Origin: Bdellovibrionales bacterium
GTDB lineage: Bacteria > Bdellovibrionota > Bdellovibrionia > Bdellovibrionales > UBA1609
Direction of reading: 5' to 3'
Assembly (NCBI GenBank): GCA_965203935.1
Contig: OZ241921.1
Span: forward strand, 839,354 to 903,353
DNA length: 64,000 nucleotides
This document shows positions 1-9,912 of this stretch, piece by piece; position 1 is the stretch's first letter, and every line of letters begins with the position of its first letter. The notes below the pieces were generated by a model that was not told the origin of the DNA, made no database searches, and saw only the letters and a list, made by a program, of their open reading frames with translations. The position numbers were made by a program, and so were the translations under genes.

Positions 1-5
1 GCCGG

Positions 6-278
6 GTGCCGGATAAAATTCGAAAAAATCGTGGCACAGACGGTTTTTTTCATGAAACGAAAAACAGGCTTTTTTATATGATATATAAACCTGATCTAAA
101 ATTCCTGCAAAGTAATGATTCCGCTTTAAACGGCGATCGCATGGAAAGAATAGCCAAACAAGCGCTCAAAAAAAAGAAAAAAGCTGTCGTATATGCCTCT
201 CATAAGTTTGTGGGGCAAAAAGAGCTGACTCAAAACGGCATTGTATTTTGCAGCCTCCCATACGGAATTTTAAAATGA
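6..278 (+). CDS. hypothetical protein, probably the 3' end of a gene that starts before the window
   Basis: ORF abuts window start with a non-ATG first codon (gtg at 6) and no stop upstream, so the frame probably continues beyond the window. Lysine-rich with no recognisable motif. Confidence 0.25.
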   Translation: MPDKIRKNRGTDGFFHETKNRLFYMIYKPDLKFLQSNDSALNGDRMERIAKQALKKKKKAVVYASHKFVGQKELTQNGIVFCSLPYGILK

Positions 279-316
279 TCACAACAAAATTATACCTTTA
301 TTGAAAGGGCTGTATA

Positions 317-1087
317 ATGAAAAATTGGCAATGTCCTTATTGCGGACATTTTCAGATTCTGTTAGAAGGAAAGAATTGGAGAGCTATGCGTGAACTTTAT
401 GCGATTGTTCAGATAAGTGAACATAAAAAGATTGGCTTTCAAGTTGAAAGTATTGCTTGTTTAAATAAACCGTGTAAAAAGCTCAGCTTGAAATTCCTTT
501 TGAAGAAAACTTATGAAGACCATCAAGATGGTAAGAGTTTTGACAAAACAATTCAGGAATGGCATTTATTGCCGGATTCCATAGCCAAACCTCAGCCGGA
601 CTATATACCTGAATTTGTCAAAAAAGATTATGAGGAATCTTGTAAGATTGCTCACCTCAGCCCCAATGCGTCCGCAGTTCTTGCCCGCCGATGCCTGCAA
701 AGTATGATTCGGGATTTTTGCAAAATTGAAAAAAGAACTCTTCATGAGGAAATAGAAGAGTTGAAAAAGAAAGTGAATGAGCGTAACATTCCCGGTGTTA
801 CAAAAGAATCTATACGCTCTATTGACAGCATAAGAGAAATGGGCAATATCGGCGCGCATATGAAAGAACCTACAGAAATGTTAATTAATATTGAGCCAAA
901 CGAAGCCCATTTTCTTATTCAGTTGATAGAAGTCTTGTTTAAGGATTGGTATGTCACCCGGTACGACAGGCAACAAAGATTAAAAAACATTCAAGCTATT
1001 GCCACTAAAAAGGGACAAAAAGAATCTGTAAATAAGAAAGGTGTAAATCAAAATCTGAAAAAGTCTGAGGGAGCTGAAATTGATTAA
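317..1087 (+). CDS. DUF4145 (HEPN-like) domain protein with N-terminal CxxC zinc-ribbon
   Basis: N-terminus has CPYCGH. The C-terminal half (LARRCLQSMIRD...IRSIDSIREMGNIGAHM...) fits the DUF4145 pattern R..LE...lh.iR..GN.aaH. This domain is typically found beside or fused to restriction helicase subunits. It lies directly upstream of the helicase-nuclease gene. Confidence 0.6.
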   Translation: MKNWQCPYCGHFQILLEGKNWRAMRELYAIVQISEHKKIGFQVESIACLNKPCKKLSLKFLLKKTYEDHQDGKSFDKTIQEWHLLPDSIAKPQPDYIPEFVKKDYEESCKIAHLSPNASAVLARRCLQSMIRDFCKIEKRTLHEEIEELKKKVNERNIPGVTKESIRSIDSIREMGNIGAHMKEPTEMLINIEPNEAHFLIQLIEVLFKDWYVTRYDRQQRLKNIQAIATKKGQKESVNKKGVNQNLKKSEGAEID

Positions 1088-1183
1088 AAAAACAGCGAAA
1101 GATTTTGGTAAAATGAAATATACAAATCATTATTAAAGCATAAAAATATACCTCATGAATAAATAACAATGGAAATGTAAAGT

Positions 1184-3736
1184 ATGCAAATAAAACATTA
1201 TCAACAAAAAGCGCTTGAGAGGCTTCATCTTTGGTTTGAGGAGCTTAAAAGCTCCCGGATAAAGACCGAAAACACAAGGCGGATTATGGAGGAGCAGGGG
1301 AAAAAGTTTCCCCGACATCTTGAAAATTACCCTCTAAATGCTTGGGATGATCTTAAGGATAAAAAGTCAATTCCCGCTGTTTTGGAGAGAGAGGAAAAAG
1401 TTTTTCCTCAGTATATCTCACGAACAGGGGCAAACGAAGCGCCTGTTCCTCATGTGTGTTTAAAAGTGCCTACCGGTGGCGGAAAAACCCTTCTGGGTGT
1501 GTCTGCTTTTCAATACATGGCCGGGGATACGGGTTTTGTCCTCTGGATTGTTCCTACAAAAGCCATCTATGAGCAAACCTTAAAAGCTTTCAGAACACGA
1601 GAGCATCCTTACAGGCAAATTCTTGAGAATATTTCAGGAGGAAGAGTTAAACTGCTTGAAAAAAACGATCGTTTTACAAAACAGGATGTGGAGAATTATT
1701 TTTGCCTGATGATGCTGATGCTTCCTTCGGCCAACAGACAAAAAAATAAAAATTTTCTTAAGATTTTCAGGGATAGTGGCGACTATAATTCTTTTTTTCC
1801 TGAAGTGGATGATGTGATGGAGAATCAAAACTTTATGAAAAAATATCCTGATTTAGACAAAAACAATTCTGGGGATTGGGTCAGGAACAGTCTGATAAAT
1901 GTTCTGAAACTTATTCGTCCCACCGTTATTTTGGATGAGGCGCACAAGGCTTATGGCAGAGATGATGAAAACAACAAACAGTTTGTGAAATCTGTTAATC
2001 GTCTAAACCCCCGGTTCGTTTTAGAGCTTTCCGCAACGCCCAGGCCGGGCATCAGCAATATTCTTGTCAATATATCGGGGACAGAGTTGAAAACGGAAGA
2101 AATGATAAAACTCCCGGTGGAAATTCACAGTTTCAACAATTCAAATTGGAAACATACATTGGCTGAAACTCAAAAAAAGTTAAATGAACTGGAAAAAGAG
2201 GCTGTACGCCTTTACGCAAAGAAAAATCGCTATATCCGTCCTATGGCGCTTGTGAGAGTAGAGCAAACAGGCAGAGCGCAGATGGATAGAGAAGGTCGGA
2301 TTCACGCGGAAGACGCAAAAAAATATCTGACAAAAAACTTGGCTGTGCCGGAAGAGCAAATACGGATTCAATCTGCAGAAAAAAAGGAGCTTGCAGGAGA
2401 AAATTTAACAAGTGAGGAAAGCTCTGTCCGCTGGATCATCACGAAAGACGCTTTAAAAGAGGGTTGGGATTGCTCTTTTGCTTATATACTTGCACTTTTG
2501 GACAACACGAAAGCAAACACGGCGATTACACAAATGGTGGGGCGAGTGATGAGGCAACCACAAGCGGAGCTGGTTTCAGAGGCGGAGGCGCTTAATCGCT
2601 GTTATATTTATTGCTTTAACAAAAAAGTGGGGGAGGCTGTTCAAAAAGTAAAGGAAAGCCTGCAAAATGAAGGTCTGACCGGTGTGGATCAATTTATTTA
2701 CGGCTATGACGGTAAAGGATCAGGGGAAACAAAAAAGGTCACTTTCCATCGTAGAAAAAAATATAAAAAGTGCAAAATTTTTCTTCCTCAAGTTCTGCAT
2801 AAACAAGGCAGGCGTTGGCGGAATATTGATTACGATCGTCATATCTTGGGCGCTTTGAATTGGAGGAATGTTTTTGTTGGAAACGCTGTCAATTTAGATG
2901 ACAAAGATATAATTCAGGAAATAACAGCTACACTTGGTTTACGGGGGCAGGAGGAAGTTACAACACAAATCATTAACACAGATGAAAATTTGACGCTGGA
3001 TTATTTTGTTCGCAGGCTGGTGGATGTTGTTCCTAACCCTTGGCAGGCTGTTCGTTTGGCGGATAACTTTATTAAAAAGCATAAAAAGCGGGGACATAAT
3101 GTTAACCGATTGCTCAATAACCGGGTGTATTTATCAGAGGTGTTAAAAAAAAGAATTAAAAAAGATGTAGACACAAAAGCTGAAGATGTTTTTCGCGATA
3201 AAGTAAAAAAAGATGAAATTAGATTTCGTCTTGAAACAGACGAGCGGTTAAACTATGAAATGGAGCATTCTTTTTCTGTAAACCTTCCCGTTAAATCCAG
3301 AACTCTTCAAGGAGATCTTGGCAGGGAAATACAATGCAGTCTTTTTGAGCCGGTATTTGAGAGTGCTTTTGATACGGAAATTGAAAAAAACGCCGCAATT
3401 TATTTGGATAAAAGTAATGCCATATATTGGTGGCACAGGATAGCTGCCCGGCAGGCCTATTCCTTGCAAGGCTGGAGACGGCATAAAGTTTATCCTGATT
3501 TTCTGGCTTATCGCCGGGATAATGAAAAGCTTTTTATTATTGAATTAAAAGGCGATCAATTTAGAGGGAACCCGGACACGACATATAAGAAAAATTTGCT
3601 TAAGAAACTGGAGAAAACCTATAAATCCTCTTATGACAGAGGAGAAATGAGAATGAACAGCCCTTCTGCTGTTTTAAGAATGATGTTTGAGGACAGTTGG
3701 GAGCAGGATTTAGGGGCTTTGGTTGGAGGTTTGTGA
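1184..3736 (+). CDS. SF2 (DEAD/DEAH-type) helicase fused to a C-terminal PD-(D/E)xK-like nuclease; Type III restriction Res-like
   Basis: Walker A is VPTGGGKTLLG and motif II is ILDEAHKAY. It is 850 aa long. The C-terminus has YPDF...D-x-EKLFIIELKG, resembling a D..(E/D)xK nuclease core. There is no Mod methyltransferase on either side. Confidence 0.7.
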   Translation: MQIKHYQQKALERLHLWFEELKSSRIKTENTRRIMEEQGKKFPRHLENYPLNAWDDLKDKKSIPAVLEREEKVFPQYISRTGANEAPVPHVCLKVPTGGGKTLLGVSAFQYMAGDTGFVLWIVPTKAIYEQTLKAFRTREHPYRQILENISGGRVKLLEKNDRFTKQDVENYFCLMMLMLPSANRQKNKNFLKIFRDSGDYNSFFPEVDDVMENQNFMKKYPDLDKNNSGDWVRNSLINVLKLIRPTVILDEAHKAYGRDDENNKQFVKSVNRLNPRFVLELSATPRPGISNILVNISGTELKTEEMIKLPVEIHSFNNSNWKHTLAETQKKLNELEKEAVRLYAKKNRYIRPMALVRVEQTGRAQMDREGRIHAEDAKKYLTKNLAVPEEQIRIQSAEKKELAGENLTSEESSVRWIITKDALKEGWDCSFAYILALLDNTKANTAITQMVGRVMRQPQAELVSEAEALNRCYIYCFNKKVGEAVQKVKESLQNEGLTGVDQFIYGYDGKGSGETKKVTFHRRKKYKKCKIFLPQVLHKQGRRWRNIDYDRHILGALNWRNVFVGNAVNLDDKDIIQEITATLGLRGQEEVTTQIINTDENLTLDYFVRRLVDVVPNPWQAVRLADNFIKKHKKRGHNVNRLLNNRVYLSEVLKKRIKKDVDTKAEDVFRDKVKKDEIRFRLETDERLNYEMEHSFSVNLPVKSRTLQGDLGREIQCSLFEPVFESAFDTEIEKNAAIYLDKSNAIYWWHRIAARQAYSLQGWRRHKVYPDFLAYRRDNEKLFIIELKGDQFRGNPDTTYKKNLLKKLEKTYKSSYDRGEMRMNSPSAVLRMMFEDSWEQDLGALVGGL

Positions 3737-3748
3737 AAAATTTTAGGA

Positions 3749-6490
3749 TCATTGTTGGGGGTAATGGTCTGTAGCTCCTAATGAGTATAACAGGCTGACT
3801 AGTTGGTGCTGGTCGTACATTTCAGCTATTTTCAAGACCTTCTTCCAACGATGATCCTTGAGATCTATATCAGCTCCTCTTCTGATCAACAGTTCGATTG
3901 CTTTTATATGCCTCATTCTTACGGCCTCCGTTAAGGCCGTCCACCCATCATCATTCTTGATATTTATATCCGCTCCTCTATCGATCAACAGTTCGATTGT
4001 TATTACTGGATCCTTTTTTGCTGGATCCTTGTCTGCTATTACAGCGAACATCAAAGCTGTGTGCCCTGCCGAGCGAGTTCTGTAATTTACATCAGCTCCG
4101 CTGTCGATCAGGAGTCTGACTGTTTCTGTATGGCCTTCGTATGCGGCCTCCATTAAGGCTGTCCTCCCCCGGTGATAGTCGTCATTTACATCAGCTCCGC
4201 TGTCGATCAGGAGTCTGACTGTTTCTGTACGGCCTTTTCTTGCGGCTAATATCAAGGCCGTAACCTTATAATGATCCCTGGCGTGTATATCAGCTCCTCT
4301 ATTGATCAAGAATCTGACTGATTCTGTACGGCCTTCGCTTGCGGCCTCCATTAAGGCTGTTCTCCCTTCCTCATTTTTGTAGTCTATATAAACCCCTCTA
4401 TCGAGCAACAGTGTGAGGAAGCTGGTACTCTGTTCGTTTCTTGCGAAATCAATCAACATAGCGCCTTGATTCAAAACCCGGCTCCAAGGGGAATCTAAAA
4501 TTTGCTTAAGCTGAGACAGATCCCGGGCTGATGCTATTTCATTTTCAGTAAGCTTTGTTATAAACTCTTTTCTGTAACCTACAGCGTTCTTCCAGTTGCT
4601 CATTTCTCCTATTAAAGCCTCTTTTTCTTTTTCTGAAAATAAAGATGCTTTTTCCTCTAAAAATGAAATATGCCGTGTTGTCTTTTGCGGTGGCTCTATT
4701 GTCAGAGAAAACTCTATTAAAGTGTAAAAAGCCTTCTTTCTTACTTTAAAGGAAAAATCTTTATGTCGCATAACAAAGTTCAGATGATTATCCACATACT
4801 GATCTGACAAATTAAGCTCCTTTATCTGTCTCATAGTAAGAAGATTATTTAAAAATTGTATCTGATCTTGATTGATTGTGGATTTTTCCAAAAGCAACAC
4901 AGGCTCGTATAAAGAGAGAATACTTAATTCGGGGTGGACTTTTCTAAGTGCGGGAATCTCCCCAGGGCTTATTTTAACTCCCCCTAAGGGCACAGCCTCA
5001 AACTTCAAAAGCTGTAGCCGGCTGTAGGCTCTGGAATAACCTGTCGCTGTATATAATAAGTTTTTATACTCATGCTCATGCGGTTTAAAGTTGTTAAGGA
5101 TTATTGAGAGATCAGGCAGAATTTTCCTTCCCACATAATCACTCACCAAAGCCTCATTGGAAAGTCCGTTTAGGTCTCCCACATCCTTTGGCAGGGCCAA
5201 TACATAGCCTTGTTCTTTTAAGCTTAGATAAATCCCCTGTAACACGGCATTAAGCTTTTGCGGTTCTATATTCTGAATTTTATCCACAAAAGCGGTTTTT
5301 ACTGTCAGGCCCTTTGGGCTTTGAGCTTCCCCCAAAACTAAAGTGACATGGCCTGAGGATTCATGACGGCTGTTTGTCAAAGTGAAGTACAAAAAATTAG
5401 GATCCAAAGCCGTCTCAAAATAAGTATTGGTGGCACAGTCTCCACTAAGGCAAGATCTAAAAGGCGACTCCTGAATGGAAAGGGGCCTTAGTCTTAACAC
5501 TTCTGTTCCTCTAACAGCAGTATCCGGCTGATTTTGAATCTCCTCTGTGATTTGAGTTAAATATTTTGTTTTATCCGGTATTTTGGCCTTAAAGTGTGCT
5601 TTAAGCTCTGCAAAATGCCCGGTAAAGCCCAGTTCAAAAGCCAAAATATCCTGTTCGTTTAAAATACTGCGCAAAGCGTTTAAGCTTTCATGTGGGTCTT
5701 TGCTTTTTAAAAGCTCCACCCAAGTTTTATTTCCAAAGCCTGCGGTATGAATTAAATCCGCTATAACCTGAGAAATGTTTTGAATAATTTTTTGACGGGA
5801 CTCACGGGATTCGTAGGATTCATGGGAGAAATGAATAATATCTTTGATGGAGGAGTCAGCTTCTGCTGTTTCTAAAGAATGTCTTATCTTTTCCAAAGCT
5901 TTGTATAAGGCAATAGTTCTTTCCCGGTAAGGCTTTGAGTCATCTTTTATAAAATCGCGAAGTTTTTTATTTAAAGCTGTGCTGTCCAAATAGGCTGTAA
6001 GATCTTTATTGCGCTTTTTCCTAAGAGCCTTTTTTTCCTCTTTGCTTAAAGAAGAGTCTTCTATCTTGCTGAATCCCAGTGTTTTAGCCCAAAAGCCCAA
6101 GTTTGCCTCCACCTGAAACAGGCTGTTTCGTAATCTGGAGCTTTCGTTTCGGAAAGAGGAAATAAAGTCTTTAAGACTGTTAGGTGTTTCTTTTTTTGTT
6201 ACAGTAAACTCCAGAATTTGCTCTCTTACAATCAGCTTGGAAAGCTCAGGATATTGGTTTAAGATATTTAGGACATCCTGTAAGGAATGAAATCTTACAA
6301 CATCTCTCGGATAAGGGGTTTTGTTTGTGAGATAGAGTTTAAAGAGCGGGTCTTGCCCTTTACTTAAAGCGAGCTGTTTGGTCATGGCCTCATAAAAGGA
6401 ATCCGGATCAGAAAAGGCTTCTTCACAAATATTTGCATAAGCCGAGCCAACAGCAAAAATAAAAACAGCTATAAAAGCGCGCATAATCAT
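3749..6490 (-). CDS. secreted ankyrin-repeat protein, paralogue 1 (large conserved N-domain plus about 7 C-terminal ANK repeats)
   Basis: Signal peptide MIMRAFIAVFIFAVGSAYA. The C-terminus has repeated G.TALM.AA..GH.E.V.LLI..GADVN units typical of ankyrin repeats. It is 86-90% identical over most of its length to the gene at 7387-9912. Confidence 0.75.
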   Translation of the reverse strand: MIMRAFIAVFIFAVGSAYANICEEAFSDPDSFYEAMTKQLALSKGQDPLFKLYLTNKTPYPRDVVRFHSLQDVLNILNQYPELSKLIVREQILEFTVTKKETPNSLKDFISSFRNESSRLRNSLFQVEANLGFWAKTLGFSKIEDSSLSKEEKKALRKKRNKDLTAYLDSTALNKKLRDFIKDDSKPYRERTIALYKALEKIRHSLETAEADSSIKDIIHFSHESYESRESRQKIIQNISQVIADLIHTAGFGNKTWVELLKSKDPHESLNALRSILNEQDILAFELGFTGHFAELKAHFKAKIPDKTKYLTQITEEIQNQPDTAVRGTEVLRLRPLSIQESPFRSCLSGDCATNTYFETALDPNFLYFTLTNSRHESSGHVTLVLGEAQSPKGLTVKTAFVDKIQNIEPQKLNAVLQGIYLSLKEQGYVLALPKDVGDLNGLSNEALVSDYVGRKILPDLSIILNNFKPHEHEYKNLLYTATGYSRAYSRLQLLKFEAVPLGGVKISPGEIPALRKVHPELSILSLYEPVLLLEKSTINQDQIQFLNNLLTMRQIKELNLSDQYVDNHLNFVMRHKDFSFKVRKKAFYTLIEFSLTIEPPQKTTRHISFLEEKASLFSEKEKEALIGEMSNWKNAVGYRKEFITKLTENEIASARDLSQLKQILDSPWSRVLNQGAMLIDFARNEQSTSFLTLLLDRGVYIDYKNEEGRTALMEAASEGRTESVRFLINRGADIHARDHYKVTALILAARKGRTETVRLLIDSGADVNDDYHRGRTALMEAAYEGHTETVRLLIDSGADVNYRTRSAGHTALMFAVIADKDPAKKDPVITIELLIDRGADINIKNDDGWTALTEAVRMRHIKAIELLIRRGADIDLKDHRWKKVLKIAEMYDQHQLVSLLYSLGATDHYPQQ

Positions 6491-6904
6491 CCTCTGTGAA
6501 AAAATTCCGACTTTTCACTATAGCAGACTATGTAAAAAAACTGTAGAAAAAGGGCTTATTTGTTGGGGAGCGGGAGTGAAAAATAAGCCAAGTATGTAAA
6601 AAATACACAAAAGCACACTTTTTTACAGTTTATCAAACTGAAGAAAATTAAAAAAATATATTCCTTACAAAAATCTGTAAATATTCAAAATCACTTATTC
6701 TGTCATGTCCTTGACCTCCATTTTTTGGCTATCTTTTGAAGAGAAGGTAAAAATAGGGGCCACTCTAAAAATCATTTATTTACCGCATTGCATTGTGTGA
6801 AATTTGGAGGCTTGATTTTGCCAAAATTCCTTTGTCTCTGCAAATAGATATGTTAAATTCTTTTTTATTGATGAAATACAAAAACTTCAAAACGAAAGCT
6901 GACA

Positions 6905-7290
6905 AAAAAGCCAGTAAAAATCTGAGGGAGCTTAAATTGATTAAAAAAACAGGACTATGAATCATATACTGAAAAAACAAAATCATACCCTTTGGCTATG
7001 AAAAAAAGCAAAATGAAATACAAAAATCACTATTACGGTTTTCCGGTTATGACCAAGCAGGAAACAGAACTTCAGTTTCCTTTTTTAAAATCTGTAAGTT
7101 TGCTTAGTAACAATGTGATTTCCGCTGAGCATTCTTTTATGGCCGATAAACCTTTATCTACAACCGGCCTGAAGGGTTTTAATGCGAAAAAAATCAAATC
7201 CACAAACTATAAGCAAATAACAATGGAAATATAATGTTTGAGGATACTTGGGAGCAGGATTTAGGGGGGTTAGTTGGAGGTTTGTGAAAA
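6905..7290 (+). pseudogene. decayed duplicate of the 3' end of the DUF4145 gene, the helicase-upstream region and the helicase 3' end (deletion derivative)
   Basis: 6921-6955 matches 1063-1095 (tctgagggagctgaaattgattaaaaaaacag). 7010-7035 and 7210-7235 resemble 1110-1185. 7235-7285 encodes MFEDTWEQDLGGLVGGL*, which matches the helicase C-terminus MFEDSWEQDLGALVGGL* at 3683-3736. Confidence 0.55.
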
Positions 7291-7386
7291 ACTTTCTGAT
7301 AATTGTTGGGGGTAATGGTCTTTAGCTCCTTTTTCGCGTAGCAGTTTGATTATTTCTATATGGTCACGCTCTACAAGAAAGGATAA

Positions 7387-9912
7387 TCAAAGAATGTCCG
7401 CCCTCGCCCCCCATTGATCCTTGGCCTCTGTATCAGCTCCTTCGTCAATCAACAGTCTGACTGTTTCTATATGGCCTGCGATTGCGGCCTCCATCAAAGC
7501 CGTGCGCCCCGACTTATCCTTAGCGTTTATATCAGCTCCTTCGTTAATCAACAGTCTGATTGTTTCTATATGGCCTTCGCTTGCGGCCTCCATCAAAGCC
7601 GTGCGCCCCGATTTATCCTTAGCGTTTATATCAGCTCCTTCGTTAATCAACAGTCTGACTGTTTCTATACGGCCTGCGATTGCGGCTTTCATCAAGGCTG
7701 TTTTTCCCTGTTCATCCTTGGCGTTTATATCAGCTCCTCTGTTAATTAATATTCTGACTGTTTCTATATGGCCAAGCATTGTGGCCACCATCAAGACTGT
7801 TCTTCCTGTCTCATCTTTGTAGTCTATATAGGTCCCTCTATCCAAGAGCAGTGTAAGAAAGTTGATGTCCTGTTTGTTGTATATGAGATAAGTCCACATA
7901 ACCCTTGGATCCAAAATCTGATTCCAAGGGGAATCTAAAATTTGCTTAAACTGAGACAGATCCTGGGCTGATGTTATTTCATTGTCAGTAAGCTTCGTTA
8001 TAAACTCTTTTCTGTAACCCACAGCGTTTTTCCAGTTGCTCATTTCTCCTATTAAAGCCTCTTTTTCTTTTTCTGAAAATAAAGATGTTTTTTCCTCTAA
8101 AAATGAAATATGCCGTGTTGTCTTTTGCGGTGGCTCTATTGTCAGAGAATACTCTATCAGAGAATATTCTATCAGAGAATACTCTATTAAAATGTAAAAG
8201 GCCTTCTTTCTTACTTTAAAGGAAAAATTTTTGTTTTGCATAACAAAGTTCAGATGATTATCCACATACTGATCTGACAGGTTAAGCTCCTTTATCTGTC
8301 TCATAGTAAGAAGATTATTTAAAAATTGTATCTGATCTTCATCTTTTGTGGATTTTTCCAAAAGCAACACAGGCTCGTATAAAGAGAGAATACTTAATTC
8401 AGGGTGGGCTTTTCTAAGTGCGGGAATCTCCCCAGGGCTTATTTTAACTCCCCCTAAGGGCACAGCCTCAAACTTCAAAAGCTGTAGCCGGCTGTAGGCT
8501 CTGGAATAACCTGTCTCTGCATATAATAAGTCTTTATACTTATGCTCATGCAGTTTAAAATCGTTAAGGTTTTTTGAGAGATCAGGCAAAATTTCCCTTC
8601 CCACATAATCACGCACTGAAGCCTCATTGGAAAGTCCGTTTAGGTCTCCCACATCCTTTGGCAGGGCCAGTATATAGCCTTGTTCCTTAAGGCTTACACT
8701 AATTCCCTGTAGCACGGCCTTAAGCTTTTGCGGTTCTATATCCTGAATTTTATCCACAAAAGCGGTTTTGACTGTCAGGCCCTTTGGGGTTTGAGCTTCC
8801 CCCAGCGCTAAAGTGACATGGCCTGAGGATTCATGACGGCTGTTTGTCAAAGTAAAGTACAAAAAATTAGGATCCAAAGCCGTCTCAAAATAAGTATCGG
8901 TGGCACAGTCTCCACTAAGGCAAGATCTAAAAGGCGACTCTTGAATGGAAAGTGGCCTTAGTCTTAAAACTTCTGCTCCTCTAACAGCAGTATCCGGCTG
9001 ATTTTGAATCTCCTCTGTGATTTGAGTTAAATATTTTGTTTTATCCGGTATTTTGGCCTTAAAGTGTGCTTTAAGCTCTGCAAAATGCCCGGTAAAGCCC
9101 AGTTCAAAAGCCAAAATATCCTGTTCGTTTAAAATACTGCGCAAAGCGTTTAAGCTTTCATGTGGGTCTTTGCTTTTTAAAAGCTCCACCCAAGTTTTGT
9201 TTCCAAAGCCTGCGGTATGAATTAAAACCGCCATGACTTGAGAAATATTTTGAATAATATCTTTGGTGGAGGAGTCAGCTCCTGCTGTTTCTAAAGAATG
9301 TCTTATCTTTTCCAAAGCTTTGTATAAGGCGACAGTTCTTTCCCGGTAAGGCTTTGAGTCATCTTTTATAAAATCGCGAAGTTTTTTATTTAAAGCTGTG
9401 CTGTCCAAATAGGCTGTAAGATCTTTATTGCGCTTTTTCCTAAGAGCCTTTTTTTCCTCTTTGCTTAAAGAAGAGTCTTCTATCTTGCTGAATCCCAGTG
9501 TTTTAGCCCAAAAGCCCAAGTTTGCCTCCACTTGAAACAGGCTGTTTCGCAATCTGGAGCTTTCGTTTCGGAAAGAGGAAATAAAGTCTTTAAGACTGTT
9601 AGGTGTTTCTTTTTTTGTTACAGTAAACTCCAGAATTTGCTCTCTTACAATCAGCTTGGAAAGCTCAGGATATTGGTTTAAGATATTTAGGACATCCTGT
9701 AGGGAATAATCAGTGTCTCTTTGGTAAGGGGTTTTGTTTATGAAATAGAGTTTAAAGAGTGGTTCCTGCCCTTCCTTTAAAACAAGCTGTTTGGTCATGG
9801 CCTCATAAAAGGAATCCGGATCAGAAAAGACTTCCTCACAAGGGCCTGTTGCATAAGCTGGAAACAGGTAGCAGAAAAAAAGTACAGCTTTTAAACCGCG
9901 CATAATAATCAT
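7387..9912 (-). CDS. secreted ankyrin-repeat protein, paralogue 2 (tandem duplicate of 3749-6490)
   Basis: The ORF track gives 7387-10146. The start was reassigned to the ATG at 9912 (MIIMRGLKAVLFFCYLFPAYA), which aligns with the signal peptide of paralogue 1. C-terminal ANK repeats are present. It contains an in-frame 15-bp x3 repeat (IEYSL x3) at 8143-8187. Confidence 0.7.
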   Translation of the reverse strand: MIIMRGLKAVLFFCYLFPAYATGPCEEVFSDPDSFYEAMTKQLVLKEGQEPLFKLYFINKTPYQRDTDYSLQDVLNILNQYPELSKLIVREQILEFTVTKKETPNSLKDFISSFRNESSRLRNSLFQVEANLGFWAKTLGFSKIEDSSLSKEEKKALRKKRNKDLTAYLDSTALNKKLRDFIKDDSKPYRERTVALYKALEKIRHSLETAGADSSTKDIIQNISQVMAVLIHTAGFGNKTWVELLKSKDPHESLNALRSILNEQDILAFELGFTGHFAELKAHFKAKIPDKTKYLTQITEEIQNQPDTAVRGAEVLRLRPLSIQESPFRSCLSGDCATDTYFETALDPNFLYFTLTNSRHESSGHVTLALGEAQTPKGLTVKTAFVDKIQDIEPQKLKAVLQGISVSLKEQGYILALPKDVGDLNGLSNEASVRDYVGREILPDLSKNLNDFKLHEHKYKDLLYAETGYSRAYSRLQLLKFEAVPLGGVKISPGEIPALRKAHPELSILSLYEPVLLLEKSTKDEDQIQFLNNLLTMRQIKELNLSDQYVDNHLNFVMQNKNFSFKVRKKAFYILIEYSLIEYSLIEYSLTIEPPQKTTRHISFLEEKTSLFSEKEKEALIGEMSNWKNAVGYRKEFITKLTDNEITSAQDLSQFKQILDSPWNQILDPRVMWTYLIYNKQDINFLTLLLDRGTYIDYKDETGRTVLMVATMLGHIETVRILINRGADINAKDEQGKTALMKAAIAGRIETVRLLINEGADINAKDKSGRTALMEAASEGHIETIRLLINEGADINAKDKSGRTALMEAAIAGHIETVRLLIDEGADTEAKDQWGARADIL

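Noticed and set aside
7414-7822. Two + strand ORFs (111 and 133 aa) with internally repetitive protein sequence
   Set aside because: They lie antisense within the ankyrin-repeat coding region of 7387-9912. The periodic ANK repeat DNA leaves other frames open. The same artefact appears at 3858-4085.
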